DNA of 64,000 nt from Octopus vulgaris (GCA_951406725.2 OX597833.1:71362001-71426000), one strand, 5' to 3'; shown: positions 37,830-50,815, counted from the first letter of the stretch. The notes: generated from the sequence alone by a model not told the origin. Translations and numbers: made by a program.

Positions 37830-39196
37830 AGATCCTTTGAATGGTCAGATTTAGCTATGTTCTAATTGAAGCATTTGACAAAAAGGGAGGAGACAGAGGC
37901 ATGTAACGGAGAACAACTTACTGAGTGCCACAGATTAAATTTGTGGCTGGTGCAAAGTGCCAACTGGAGCTAGGGTGACATGGTGGTGGAACAGTGTAGC
38001 AGAGACAGCCAGAGGAGCAAAGAAACAAAAGATCTGGAAGAGTGGGGTAGAAGAGAAGTATACCAGGTAGCTAGAAAAGAAACTGGGTGACAGGTGTATT
38101 TAGCTGGAGGAGAAGCAGAAAGATAGGAGTTTGTTAAATGTTCTACAATGAAAGGACCAGGTGCTTGAGGTGTTTTAGATTGCAGTGTTGTAGGAGAGAA
38201 GTGTGCTTGCATGATGGTTCACTTGCAGTTAGTGATTCTGCAAGTGAGGGGCATGGAAATGTTACTGTGAAAGGGTGCTAAATGTGAAGAATATATGGGA
38301 GAAGAGTCTTCCTAATGTGGACCCAACAGAAGGACCAACTATCTGAATTGACAGCAGCAGAATAGATAAAGCAATTAAGGATTTGTCAACAGAGTAAAGC
38401 CTGGTCCATCAGGAATCACTGCTGAGATGCTTAAAATATCTGGCAGAGTGGGATATGGTTCAGTCACCCGTAGAGTGAATCAGGTTGTCCAGGAAGGGGT
38501 CCGATCCAACAGCTGATCTAACAGCATTATAATCAACTGTCACATAGGTAAAGGGGAGGCCTAAGACAAAAATAATCACAGAGGGATCAAACTGCTGGAT
38601 CAGGTCACGAAAGTTACAGAATGGAACATAGCAGAACAAATTAAGAAGAGAGTTTACCTAGTTGAGATGCAGTTTGGTTTTGTGCCAGGGAGAAGCACCA
38701 CTGACACTATCTTCCAAGTAAGACTGTGGACTAAGCATTCAGAGAAAAATAAAGCACCATACTTGCATCTGTCAACATAGAGAAAGCCTTTAACAGGGTC
38801 CCTTGCTCCCTCATCTGGTGGTCATTACAGAAGCTAGGCATAGATGAGTGGTTGGTAAGGGCTGTACAGGGCACGTACAGCGATGCTGTCAGTAAGGTGA
38901 GGGTCGGCAAAGAGCATAGCAGCAAATGTAATGTGCAGGTAGAAGTTCACCAAGGCCCTTGCTTACCATAGCCCTCCAGGCCATAACAGAGAAATTTAAA
39001 ACTGGTTGCATACCGGAGCCCCTCCGTGCTGATGACCTTGTTCTTATGGTTGAATTACTACCAGAACTAGAAGAAATTTCAGACGTGGAAGCAAGGTCTG
39101 GAATCAAAGAGCCTTAAAGTTAACTTAGCAAAGACCGAAGTACTAGTAAGCAGGAGAGAAGACAAATTATTCCTGTCTTCAAGGAGACGGTTCTGC

Positions 39197-39425
39197 TTAA
39201 CCCTTTCGTTACTATATTTATCTTGAGATGCTCTGTGTTTCTTTCAACTATTTTAAATATAACAAATAATTTAGTAAAATAACTTAGTTATCATTAAGCT
39301 AGTATTAGGAATATAAATTGCTACTAAGGTTTGGTGATATATTTTGATGCAAAACTTATGAAAACAAGACTTTTGTACTACAGAGCCAGAGCCGGTTTTG
39401 GCCGGGTTGGTAACGAAAGGGTTAA
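39197..39425 (-). mobile_element. piggyBac-type MITE family A inside the RTE LINE
   Basis: TTAA|CCCTTTCGTTAC ... GTAACGAAAGGG|TTAA; removal restores the Cys-x2-Cys 'CLIC'. Confidence 0.93.
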
Positions 39426-40399
39426 TATGTAGAAAAAGTATAAGTAGAAATTCTACACGGTGCACCCAGTGCAAGCTATGAACATATAGGAGGTGCAGTA
39501 GAATCACAAGAGGGTTTACAGAGAAAGTAGTCTTTGTGTGTGGCAGATGGGCAGGTAGGAAGAACACTGAGAATCTACAGGAAATAAACTTCTTCAAATA
39601 TGCAGGGGAATATTTGATGCATGTGAATGAAGACAGCTGCATAAAGAAGAACCGATCTCTAAATGGGGAGGGAACCTGTGGAAGAGGAAGACATGGGATG
39701 AAGTGGCGAAAACTGATATTCAGATTCTGAGCCTCACAAAGAAGATGACAAAGGACTGAGGCACTGAGCAATTTGCTGAGCTTCAGAAGACCCATCCAGG
39801 TAAAATTGAAACCATTTAAGTACGTCCTCTATGTCCACGCCCCCTTCCTCCTCCTCTTACACACACACACAGACTATCCCTGAAAAACCACCTCTCCCCA
39901 ACATCCCATCATCACCCAAAACTTCCTCCCTTCTACCTGTGCTCACCACCCACTTTCCTTTCGCAATCCCATGATCTTACCCACCCACTTACCCTATCCA
40001 TCCCTCATCCACTTCATTAAACACACTTCCATGTAACTCGTGTTTAACCTCATCGCATCTTCACCAGTTTGTCTGTCTGACCCTGACTCTCTCCTAAGGT
40101 AGCCATGTTTCCGTCCATTTCTGTTCCTCAATTGAGATGTCTTGCAAATTACTAGGTGACCCCACTGATGCTGGTGCTACATAAAACACACCCAGCACAT
40201 TCTGTTAAGTGGTTGATGTTAGGGTTAGGGCATCCAGCTGCAGAAACCTTACCAAAACAGACAACAGAGCTTGGCGCAGTCCTCGGATTTTCCAGTTCCT
40301 GTCAAACCATCCGACCCATACCAGTATGGAAAATGGATGGCAGATGATGATGATGGTAAATCTGCATCTAATGTCCATGTCTGATTGTCATACAACATT

Positions 40400-41310
40400 A
40401 TATTTTAGCCTTCACTTAAACAGAGGTAGCCCTTTATTACTAGTAGAAAAGTCCCTGCGCTTTTCCCACAGAGTTCTTATCCTGTCTTCAGAGTTCTTCC
40501 CACTACAACAGCTAATTACGCCATCAAGGTAAAAGATGCTGTCAGCAACTTCTATGGAATATTGCAAGCACTAAAAAAAAATGTTATTTTACAAGAGCTC
40601 TGAGTCCTGGCTACTCTTGAACATATTTCACTTTCAAAGTTGCAATTCACTGTCAGCCTGCCACCAGTCCCAGAACAGTTCTTGGGCAGTCATAGTTTAC
40701 ATGGAGCACTCCATATGGAGTTACCACCTCCTACTATTGAGCACAGACATTTTCCAGCAGATTCCTCTCTTCACACCTCCTTCCTGAAACTCTGGTTCAC
40801 TCTGATGTCCGCTTGATTCTAGGTTTTGCTTCCACATTTGGAACTTTTTAGTAAGTTGCTCACAGAGTCTCCCATAAAAACTAAGTCGTCAATGTATAGG
40901 AGTTCTCATGGACAGCTGGTTTTCAAACCCCTACATTATAGCATGGAAAACTATAATAAATAGGAGAGATTGAGAACTGGGCCCTAAGGAACACCTGCCT
41001 GTCAACTAAATCTCTCACTGAACTCATTGCCTTTCCTGGCTTTGCTGAAAACATCAGTGTACCTGGCTGGCACCACTCTCGTAATCTCTTCATCATTATA
41101 TACCACAAAACCAAATTATCTTGAAGACCATTAAACAGATCAAACTACTCGGCTGAAAGCTTTCTCGAAACCAATAAATACTAGGCACAAAGGTTTGCTC
41201 TTTGCTAAAAATTCCTTCTGCAGTTCCTTCTCATTATGAACAGAATGTTAGTAGTAGGTTGGTTTCCATACAAATCCACACCTCATTTAAGCTGGTTTCT
41301 TTCCTCTGTA
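40400..41310 (-). mobile_element. Decayed RTE LINE RT fragment
   Basis: Reverse complement 'GLKTSCP*ELLYIDDLV' at ~40880-40930. Confidence 0.6.
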
Positions 41311-41400
41311 ACATAAATAAAAATAAAGTGTGTGTGTGTGAGTGTGTATATATATATATGAAAGAAGGTTTGAAAATGCAATTTCAAAAGATGTTTATTC

Positions 41401-41442
41401 ACTTGACCGGTTTCACTTTTTTAGAAAAAGATTGTCAAAAGT
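41401..41442 (-). ncRNA. Type-I hammerhead motif, U3-A8 variant
   Basis: Reverse complement: ACTT TTGACAA T CTTTTT-CTA-AAAAAG T GAAAC CG GTC AAGT. Confidence 0.72.
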
Positions 41443-41822
41443 AAAATATAAAAGCTTTGTAGTGTTGAGTACTGGTTTTCACAAAATATTACAATACATA
41501 TATACATTCAGGTCAGTTCATCTCAAATTCTTTGTAAACTAAATATATCTCCTTCTGTGTGTATATATATATATATACCACCAAAATATGACCTTTTTGA
41601 ACTTATAATTTTCTGTGTATATATATAGATACTTCCAAACAAACATGATTTTTAATGAAATCCTAATATTTTTAACAAACTTTTTGATATTTTCTCAAGA
41701 TTTTTCCTATAAACTGTTTTTAACATTTTCTTACTATTATCAAAGAATGTATATATGTATTGTAATATTTTGTGACAACCAGTACCTAACACAACAAAGC
41801 TCTTACAAAGCTTTTACATTTT

Positions 41823-41864
41823 ACTTTTGATAATCTTTTTCTAAAAAAGTGAAACCGGTCAAGT
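41823..41864 (+). ncRNA. Type-I hammerhead motif, U3-A8 variant
   Basis: ACTT TTGATAA T CTTTTT-CTA-AAAAAG T GAAAC CG GTC AAGT; GUC site; palindromic stem III ACCGGT. Confidence 0.72.
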
Positions 41865-41948
41865 GAATAAATATCTTTTAAAATTGCATTTTCAAACCTT
41901 CTTTCATATATATTTCCACTCGTGCGGTACCTTACAACTTCACTTTGT

Positions 41949-42005
<57 letters not shown>

Positions 42006-42031
42006 AAAATCCAAAGTGAGGGAGTGGAACA

Positions 42032-42117
42032 GGTAAAATCCAGCCTACATATGTTTCGTAACTAGCAGATACTGAACAAGGGTTACTTAGCTAGCTACTC
42101 ATCAGGCTGAGGATACC
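42032..42117 (-). ncRNA. Type-I hammerhead motif with long stems I and II
   Basis: Reverse complement: GGTATCCTCAGC CTGATGA GTAGCTAGC...GCTAGTTAC GAAAC ATAT GTA G GCTGGATTTTACC. Confidence 0.8.
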
Positions 42118-42449
42118 TTCGTTATATGAAGGTAACATTCATAGCAACTGTGAGCTCTGCAATGATTTTCAGCTTATTGAATTTCCTCGTAACTTCGATT
42201 TGAGAAAAACTGAGTAACCTTTGATGCCAATAAATCGTTATTGTTCCTGACCAAACACTGTGTCCCCTTTTTGTGATTTTTATACCTGTCACAGACTGCT
42301 TGAAGCTTACAAACTTCCTACACTTGGATCCCTGGACCTTACCCTTATATATTATAAGTCTATATACCCAGGTAAGGCTACGTGGTTAAGATGTTTGCTT
42401 TGCAACCAAGTAGCTTAGAGTTCATCTCTACTATATATATATATATATA

Positions 42450-42674
42450 GCACCATCCAACTGTGGCCGTTGCCAGCCTCACCTGGCCCCTGTGCCGGTG
42501 GCACATAAAAAGCACCCACTACACTCACGGAGTGGTTGGCGTTAGGAAGGGCATCCAGCCGTAGAAACATTGCCAGATCAGACTGGGCTTGGTGCAGCCT
42601 TCTGGCTTCCCAGATCCCAGTTGAACAGTCCAACCCATGCTAGCATGGAAAGCGGACGCTAAACGATGATGATG

Positions 42675-42675
<1 letters not shown>
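42450..42675 (+). mobile_element. S3 repeat
   Basis: S3 consensus ending in (GAT)n. Further copies at ~43387-43680 (-), 43975-44190, 44915-45067 (-), 45280-45550, 46060-46305, 46350-46570 (-), 46800-46990 and 58215-58498. Confidence 0.88.
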
Positions 42676-42714
<39 letters not shown>

Positions 42715-42716
<2 letters not shown>

Positions 42717-43150
42717 GGCCAGGATGCCACATGCAAGACTCAAGAGAGATTTAAAGAAGAATGTTGCGATCAAGAAGGTGAATCTTAGGGACCTTTTTGT
42801 GTGCCCAGTTTGTGCATGGCCTTTCTTTTGCTGGGCTCAAATCTCATCTGCGGACCCATGAAATACAAACCTCCCCTAACTACTCTGCCTTTATATCTGT
42901 GAACACCTTTCAATGCCGTGTATGCCATAAGGTCTGCGGTTCTAATGGAGGCCTCAAAAGACGTTTTGAGATCCACAAAGATCAGAACTTATCTGCAGCT
43001 CTGGGAGGTCCAAGGCAGATGTGCAATCTATGTGGGTGTCTTTTCAAAACGTTGTCTGGTTCAGGAAGCCACATGGGACACCATGACAGATCTAAGGTGT
43101 AAGTACAAGAGGGGGTCAAATTCTGCATAAAGAGTAGACAACCAACCACC
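42715..43150 (+). pseudogene. Three degenerate C2H2 zinc fingers, probably the 3' end of an RTE-type LINE ORF
   Basis: 'FVCPVC../SFAGLKSHLRTH' (frameshifted), 'FQCRVCHKVCGSNGGLKRRFEIH', 'CNLCGCLFKTLSGSGSHMGHH'; stop at 43102, short 3'UTR, no TGEKP linkers. Confidence 0.7.
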
Positions 43151-43168
43151 ATATATATATATATATAT

Positions 43169-43378
43169 ATATGTAAAAAAATACAAACTGGGACAAGAAC
43201 GCAAAACATTTAGAAGACGATACAAAAAACACGGACGGGACATTAATAATCAGCCGAAATTGCGAGGATGATCCGGTTCTTGACTGAAGATTGAAGGCTT
43301 CGAATGTCCCGTCCGTGTTTTTTGTATCGTCTTCTAAATGTTTTGCGTTCTTGTCCCAGTTTGTATTTTTTTACATAT
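43169..43378. repeat. Perfect 76 bp inverted repeat with 58 bp spacer, inserted in (TA)n
   Basis: 43169-43244 is the reverse complement of 43303-43378. Confidence 0.95.
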
Positions 43379-45552
43379 ACATATATATCATCATCATCAT
43401 CATTTAGCGTCTGTTTTTCATGCTAGCATGGGTTGAATGGTTTAACTGGGGTCTGTGAAGCCGGAAGGCTTCATCAGGCCCAGTCAGATTTGGCAGTGTT
43501 TCTACGGCTGGATGCCCTTCCTAATGCCAACCACTCCGTGAGTGTAGTGGGTACTTTTTACGTGCCACCTGCACAGGTGCCAGACAGAGCTGGCAAATGG
43601 CCATGAACGGATGGTGTTTTTACGTGCCACCGGCACGGGGGCCAGGCGAGGCTCGCAACAGACACGAGCAGATGGTGCTTCGGCGCCCATACCCTTTTTG
43701 GTCTGTATGTAAGTACATATTTATATATATATATATATATAAAGGCCCTGGGAGGATAGAATGGTAGGGTATTGTCAATGCAGCTCCCAATCTGAGTTTT
43801 AGGTTGTTGGATTCCAGACTAATGTTAAAATTCTTCAAGTGTAGAAACGCAGGTTCCATTTTGGTAAACCTGTTGTGTGGGTTTAGTGATGAGTAAAATA
43901 TAACCCAAAAGAGGAAGACAAAGACGTGTGTCAACGTCTTTCTTTGTTTTCTTATTATATATGGGGGGACAGGCATGTAAAAAAACACCCAGGTTTGTGT
44001 CACATATGTGGCACCTGCGCTGGTGCCACAGAAAAAGCATCCAGTACACTCTGTGAAGTTGTTGGCATTAGGAAGGGCATCCGGTTGTAGAAACCATGCC
44101 AAAACAGACAACTGGAGCCTGGAGCAGCTTCTGTCAAACCGTACAACCCATGTCAGCATGGAAAATGGACATTAAACAATGATGATGATATATGTATGTA
44201 TGTGTATACACACACACATATGTACAACACAGGCAAAGCTGTGTGGTTAATTGCTTCCGAACCACAAGGTTTCAGGGTCAGTTCCACTGCAAGTGTCTTC
44301 TACTACAGTCTTGAATTGTTCAAGTAGATCTGGTAGGAGGAAACTGAAAGAAGCCTCTGTGTGTGTGTGTGTTGCCATCCAAGTGCATGTGAGCGTTCTT
44401 GTTTCAACACTATGATAAATCTAAACAAACATCACCATCAAGCACCCCATTACCCTTACTGTCACCTCTCCTTCTTTCACACTAATCTCACTCCTGATCC
44501 CTTCCTAACACTATCCCTCTTTCCTCAACCAACCCCACAATAAAAAACACATTTTGACCATTGCATTTCAACTTCTACCCTCTCCATCATGAATGCTCCC
44601 TTTTGCCTTGCTCGCTCCAAGGTGACACCATTTTTGGTGGTTCCAGAACAAAAGCATGCAGTACATTTGTGTAATGGATTCAAACTGAACAGCAACACAG
44701 GGCTTGAGCAGGTTCTTTAGTTTTCTTTAGGAGAAAACAAACCTCTCCACCACTGGTGCCATGAAAATAATACCAGTACTTAAGACATTTTCTTCTGGCC
44801 TATTAAACCCTGTTGAATTGGCCTGACCCATGCTGGCATGGAAAATGGACATAAGATGGAGATGTGGAAATGGAATAAACTATCCAGGTCAGTTGTTAGC
44901 TGACAGGGCATTGCATCATCATCATCGTCGTCTAACATCCGTTTTCCGTGCTAGCCCGTGTTGGAAGGTTCGACCGGGGTCTGGGAAGCCAGGAGGCTGC
45001 ACCAGGCTCCAGTCTGATTTGGCAGAGTTTCTACAGCTGGATGCCCTTCCTAATGCCAACCACTCTTCAAAAATTCCAGGCTTCCCAAAATTCTTCAACA
45101 TTATCCCTGATATACCTGTGCATCCTTTCCTCGTTATGGTTCTTTTAAACTTCACCTTTCCCCATTTTTGCATTTTTCTTTTGTCCACTCCACAGGTACT
45201 TCTAGCTTTCATAGATGTCTTTCTTTACTCGACTTCTATTGTTGCTCTCTGTCTCTTCTTTTAATGAGTTGTGGTGCACCTGAGTATTGTCGCCTTACTG
45301 GCACCTGTGCCGTTGGTATGTGCAAAAAAAAAAAATTCAAGCGAGGTCATTGCCAGTACTTTCTGACTGGCCTTTGTACCGGTGGCACGTAAAAGCACCC
45401 ACTACACTCTCGGAGTGGTTGGCGTTAGAAACTCTGCCAGATCAAGATTGGAGCCTGGTGCAGCCATCTGGTTCGCCAGCCCACAGTCAAACCGTCCAAC
45501 CCATGCTAGCATGGAAAGTGGACGTTAAACGATGCTGCTGCTGCTGCTGAAG

Positions 45553-45594
<42 letters not shown>

Positions 45595-45787
45595 GGTGAG
45601 CTGGCAGAACTGTTAACTTGCTGGACAAAATGCTTAGAGGCATTCTGTCAGACTTTATGATTTGAGATCAAGTTCCATAAAGGTCAACTTTGCTTTCATC
45701 CTTTTAGGGTCGATAAAGTACCAGCTGCACATTGGGGTCGATGTAATCAACTGGTCCCCTCCCTCGTAATTTCAGGCCTTGTACCTA

Positions 45788-45818
<31 letters not shown>

Positions 45819-47003
45819 GTTATACATATTTGCCAAAGTATGCATACATATGTCAGCCTCGCTGTGTGTCCACATTTACACCAATTGTGTAAATGTGGTA
45901 TTTGTACTCCACATAGCTCCCATCTCATTATGCAAAAACCCTGGAAATGTAGTGGGAAGAAAATGGTTAAGGGTTGGCATCAGGAAGGGCATCCAGTTGT
46001 AAAATACTGCTTCAAGACGTTCCATTCAATCCATGCCGTCCCCTATCAAGGAAGCTCATCCCTCTTCTTTGCCAGTTTTGCAAGTTATTTGCTAACCTCA
46101 TTAGTGCAGGTGGCACAAAAAAAAAGAAAAAGCAGCCAGTACAGCCTCTGTGAAGTGGTTGGTGTTAGGAAGGCCAACCAGCCATAGAAACCATGCTGAA
46201 GATGACATTGGATCTCAATGCAATCTTGCTGCTTGACAGATTCTGTCAAATTGGTCAACCCATACCAGCATGGAAAACAGATGGTAAATGATTATGATGA
46301 TGATGTTTATAAATATTCATACACATGTATATTCATCCAAGTTAATAAACATCATCATTATCATTCGATGGCCATCTTCTATTCTGGCAAGGGTTGGACT
46401 GTTTGACAGAAGCTAATAGGCTAGAGGACGGCTCCGTGCTTTCAACAGCTGGACACTGCCCTTCCTAACACCAACCGCTTTAAAGAATGTACTGAGTGCT
46501 TCTTATGTGGCACCAGCACCAGTGGGGTCACTAAGCAACTTCCAAGACAAACAGCCCTCAACTCAAGGGCCTTTGTAAGTGTGTGAGTACACTCTTTACA
46601 CACCCTACTGCATGCACTGACCCACCCACACGTTTCTGTTCCTTTACCCTATTCTCCCTTTCCTATCCACCTCACATCACGCCTCTCTCTCTCTTTCTTT
46701 CCAGACGATGAAGCCATGTATCCACCTCTTCAGCAAGACTCTCACTCCTGCCTCCCCATCATACTTTCGTATCCCTCATTACTATATTCCATTCGGTTGA
46801 GGAATCTTGTCTTGTAGGACCTGGGTGACCTCCCCCAGTGCTGCCACAAAAACCATCCAGTACATTCTGTGAAGCAGCTGGCCTTCGGAGAGGTGTCCAG
46901 GTGTAGAAATCAAGCTGAACTTGATGTGGCCCTTCGGCTGTCCAACCCATGACAGCATGAGAAAACAGATGTTAAATGGTGATGATGATGTTCATCAGAC
47001 CGT

Positions 47004-47339
47004 TGCCATGCTGGAGCACCGCCTCAAAGAACCTTAGGCAAACAAATCAACCCCTGTACTTATTTTTTGGAGTCTGGTACTTATTCTATCAGTCTATTTT
47101 GCAGAAGTACTAAGCCATACAGACATAAACAAACCAACACCGGTTGTGAAGCAGGAGGGGAGCAAACACAAACACACACACACAAGGCGGGCTTCTTTCA
47201 GTTTCCATCTACTAAATCCACTTACAAGGCCCTGGTTGGCTTAAGGCCTATATTAGAGGACACTTGCCCCAGGGTGTCACACAATGGGACTGAACTGAAG
47301 ATCTTGTGGTTGGAAAACAAACTTCTTGCCACACAGCCA
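47004..47339 (-). mobile_element. Older S1-related SINE
   Basis: Diverged match to S1. Confidence 0.75.
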
Positions 47340-47606
47340 TGAAGACAACACACACACACACTCACACATGCCTACACATTAGATAAAGAGACAGATCTGT
47401 GAATGCTAATAAGTTTCTCTGTGTCAACAACAAATGTTAGAGTTACACGTTAAGAAGGGACTGGCGTACTATCCAGGAGAAGGTTTATAAAATAAGGGAA
47501 AAAACTATTCTCAGTGCCCCCCTAATAAAAGCTTTATTCCGAGAAACATTTGCCGAATACACGCACACACACACAACACGTGTACAACATATATATACAA
47601 ATACGT

Positions 47607-47674
<68 letters not shown>

Positions 47675-49495
47675 AGTATGTGTGTGAGTGTATATATATA
47701 TATATATGTATATATTTTAATAGATATATTTATACATATTTCTGCGTGTGAATAAAGAGTGCGTGTGTATAGCCAATGATGCAGGTGCTTGATGAGCTAG
47801 AAATAACAACGAACTCCCTAAAACCACACCCTACAGTCTTAAAAAAAAAAGAAAAGGTTACACATTTGGGTAATGTAGACTTAGCTAGACTATGCCTGAA
47901 TAAAAGATGGGATGCGGACTGTTTTAATCGACGTTTCTTTTATCAGAGGTCTAATGAATAAATCTACATTTGGGCACAACAAATTGTGTGAGTATGCGTG
48001 TGTACCTACATATATATGTATATATGTGTGTGTGTATGTATGTATATATTACGCCTGAATGTGTCGAATAATTATCTCTTCTCGATATAGAAAATTGTAT
48101 ACATAAAATCCTGCGTTTACTCCTACGTGTGTATTTGTGGAAAACACATGCGTTGTGTGTTACACGTGTGTGTTAAGTATATGCAAACTCCGAGCATTAT
48201 CCACCACGTACGCACACACACACACACACACACCAGATATATACGTGTGTGTGACGACGTGCGTAATTATAACGGCGTGTTGTGCGTAAATTGAACCTCA
48301 ACGCACTCACATCGTAACATCTTCACAATCACACACACACAAACATACATGGACGGATGGAGGCGAAGTTAATTATGTATATATGTAATGTATGTAGACA
48401 AACTCAATGTTATAAACATGCGTTCGTATGTGCGTGTGTGTGTATGCGCGTATTACACATAGACTCATGTGTTTGTATATATGAGTGTGTATAAACACAC
48501 ACCATAATTAATTATAATATATACACACAGACACTCATATTAAATTATTAATATCTACATACAACGGATTGTATTTATGCATAGACCGAGAATACATTAT
48601 ATAGAGTAAATTATAAATGAGAATATAAATATATATATATATATACAGACACATATACACTCGTTGATTTGGAGAAGTGCATATGAAATAAAAATGTGTA
48701 TATAAAACGGTAGAAAAATAGCGAGAGCCAAGCAGAAATTGAACTTTCTGATCTCATCTGAAAATTAAGAGAAAAAAATACAAATGGCTCGTTAATAAAT
48801 TATACACACAGCTATGTGTATAATATATACACATGTGTTGTATACGTGCAGGGTTAGAATAGAATCTAGACAACAAAACACGCACACAGCGAATCTAATG
48901 TATCTTGGATGTGAAAGTAATTGTCTGAAAAGAGGGATCGATATAGAATCAGTTCTGTTCATTGTAAGAGGGAGTGGAATGGAAAAAGAAATAAATAATA
49001 ATAATAATAATAATAATAATCTAAGAAGCAACAAACAGGATCGTAATAGATCGAAAGCCGATCACTTTGACAAAAGGGTGTGAAAGGAAAAAGAGCAGAA
49101 GCCTAAACAAACACATCGTTGTTGGTGAAGGAAAAATATCATATACTACGGTTCGTGAATGTAGTATTTGTGTTTGAGGGGTGTGGACCACGCCATGTAG
49201 CCATGAGTACGGTTTCGTTAGATTTAGTGACGGAGAGATGTTGGAAAGAAAAAAAAAAAAAGGAGGGGGTAAAAATACCAGAGAACCATGAAGATTTTCC
49301 GATCACTTCCTTGTTCCAAATAAAGATCGGTGCACCTTTGACCAAATCTTTAAAATCTATCTACCATAAATACACACACACACACACACATATATAAATT
49401 ATGTCTATATATTATATATATATATATCTTGCGAATTTTCGATCAAAAATTGAATACATAAATGCAGTGTATAGTATTTTATTCTGGGTCAATAT

Positions 49496-49543
<48 letters not shown>

Positions 49544-49631
49544 CCTCTGATTTTTTCACGCACATTTAAACTCGTAAAAGGAGAAGATTGCTTTATTTTC
49601 CGTTTTTCATGAAGAAATCTTTTTATAATTT

Positions 49632-49633
49632 AT

Positions 49634-49664
<31 letters not shown>

Positions 49665-49796
49665 ATTGTATATAAACACACACACATATATATAGAATTG
49701 TATATAAACACACACACATATATATAGAGAGAGAATTATATATAAACACACACACACATATATAGAATTATATATAAACACACACACACATATATA
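49632..49796. repeat. ~30 bp minisatellite x5 (tatataaacacacacacatatatatagaatt)
   Basis: Seen directly in the sequence. Confidence 0.85.
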
Positions 49797-50539
49797 CTAC
49801 GTTTATTTAAACGCGCACCTACATTATTAATTTACTTTGCTTCTCTCTCACTCACCCTCCCTCCCTTTCTCAGTCAGTCATTCTCTCACTCACCCTCCCT
49901 CCCTCCTTTCTCTGTCACTCAATCATTCACTCACCCTCCCTCCCTTTCTCTGTCACTCAAACGCGCACTCACCAAGCCTCAATCAATCAATCAATCACTC
50001 ACTCCACTCACAACACGGAAAATAGTGAATAGTAAAAGCGAACAAGAAACGTGTGTTGTAACACATGGGCATCTGATTATTAGTGTTGTGTGTGGGTGTG
50101 TGTGTGTTTGTAAAGACGGCTAGACGCTCTTGTTGCGAAGAATGAAGCGAGAAATAAAGAAAAAAAGAAAAAATACCGAGAATGTTGGCGGGGTGGAGGT
50201 GAAATGGCCATTCCATGTGAAAAATATTAAAATATGCAACCTCGTAAATTCTATCTTGGAGAGCGAAAGAAAGAGGGTTTTGTGGAAGCGACTTTCCACT
50301 GAACAGCATGGCGGGCTTCGAGACACGCATTTAACACATTTTACTCCGATCTCTATTATCTGCCATCATTCACGCATCACAAATAGATGAAATGAAATAT
50401 TTACACGAAATCTTGTATGGTTTAAGCCCGATTATAATTACTATTATTATATTTTTGACCGTGTGATGGAAAACAAGATTTTAAGCTATTTATTTAAAAT
50501 GTCACTTGTATATGCATATTAAACTCCGAGAGAATGTTT

Positions 50540-50580
50540 TATATATATATATATGTATGTATGTGTGTATATATATATAA

Positions 50581-50611
<31 letters not shown>

Positions 50612-50657
50612 TGTATATATATATATATGTATGTGTGTATATATATATATGTATGTG

Positions 50658-50690
<33 letters not shown>

Positions 50691-50708
50691 ATATATATAT
50701 ATATGTAT

Positions 50709-50750
<42 letters not shown>

Positions 50751-50815
50751 GTGTATATATATATATATATATGTATGTATATATATATATGTATGTGTGT
50801 GTGTATATATATATG

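Larger units (their letters stand above)
36860..40356 (+). mobile_element. Near full-length decayed RTE-clade LINE (endonuclease, RT, PHD-like finger, 3'UTR with (GAT)n tail)
   Basis: 'KIGTFNAGTLK', 'EIAEMLEWRLVDV*CIQEVRWKG', 'SQIDYILTR', 'RGIKLLDQVTKV', 'QFGFVPGRSTTDTIF', 'VNIEKAFNRVP', 'LRADDL'; ends in S3-like sequence. Confidence 0.93.
41347..41912. repeat. Long inverted repeat (~165 bp arms, ~235 bp spacer), TA-flanked
   Basis: ~41347-41508 is the reverse complement of ~41744-41912. Confidence 0.92.
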
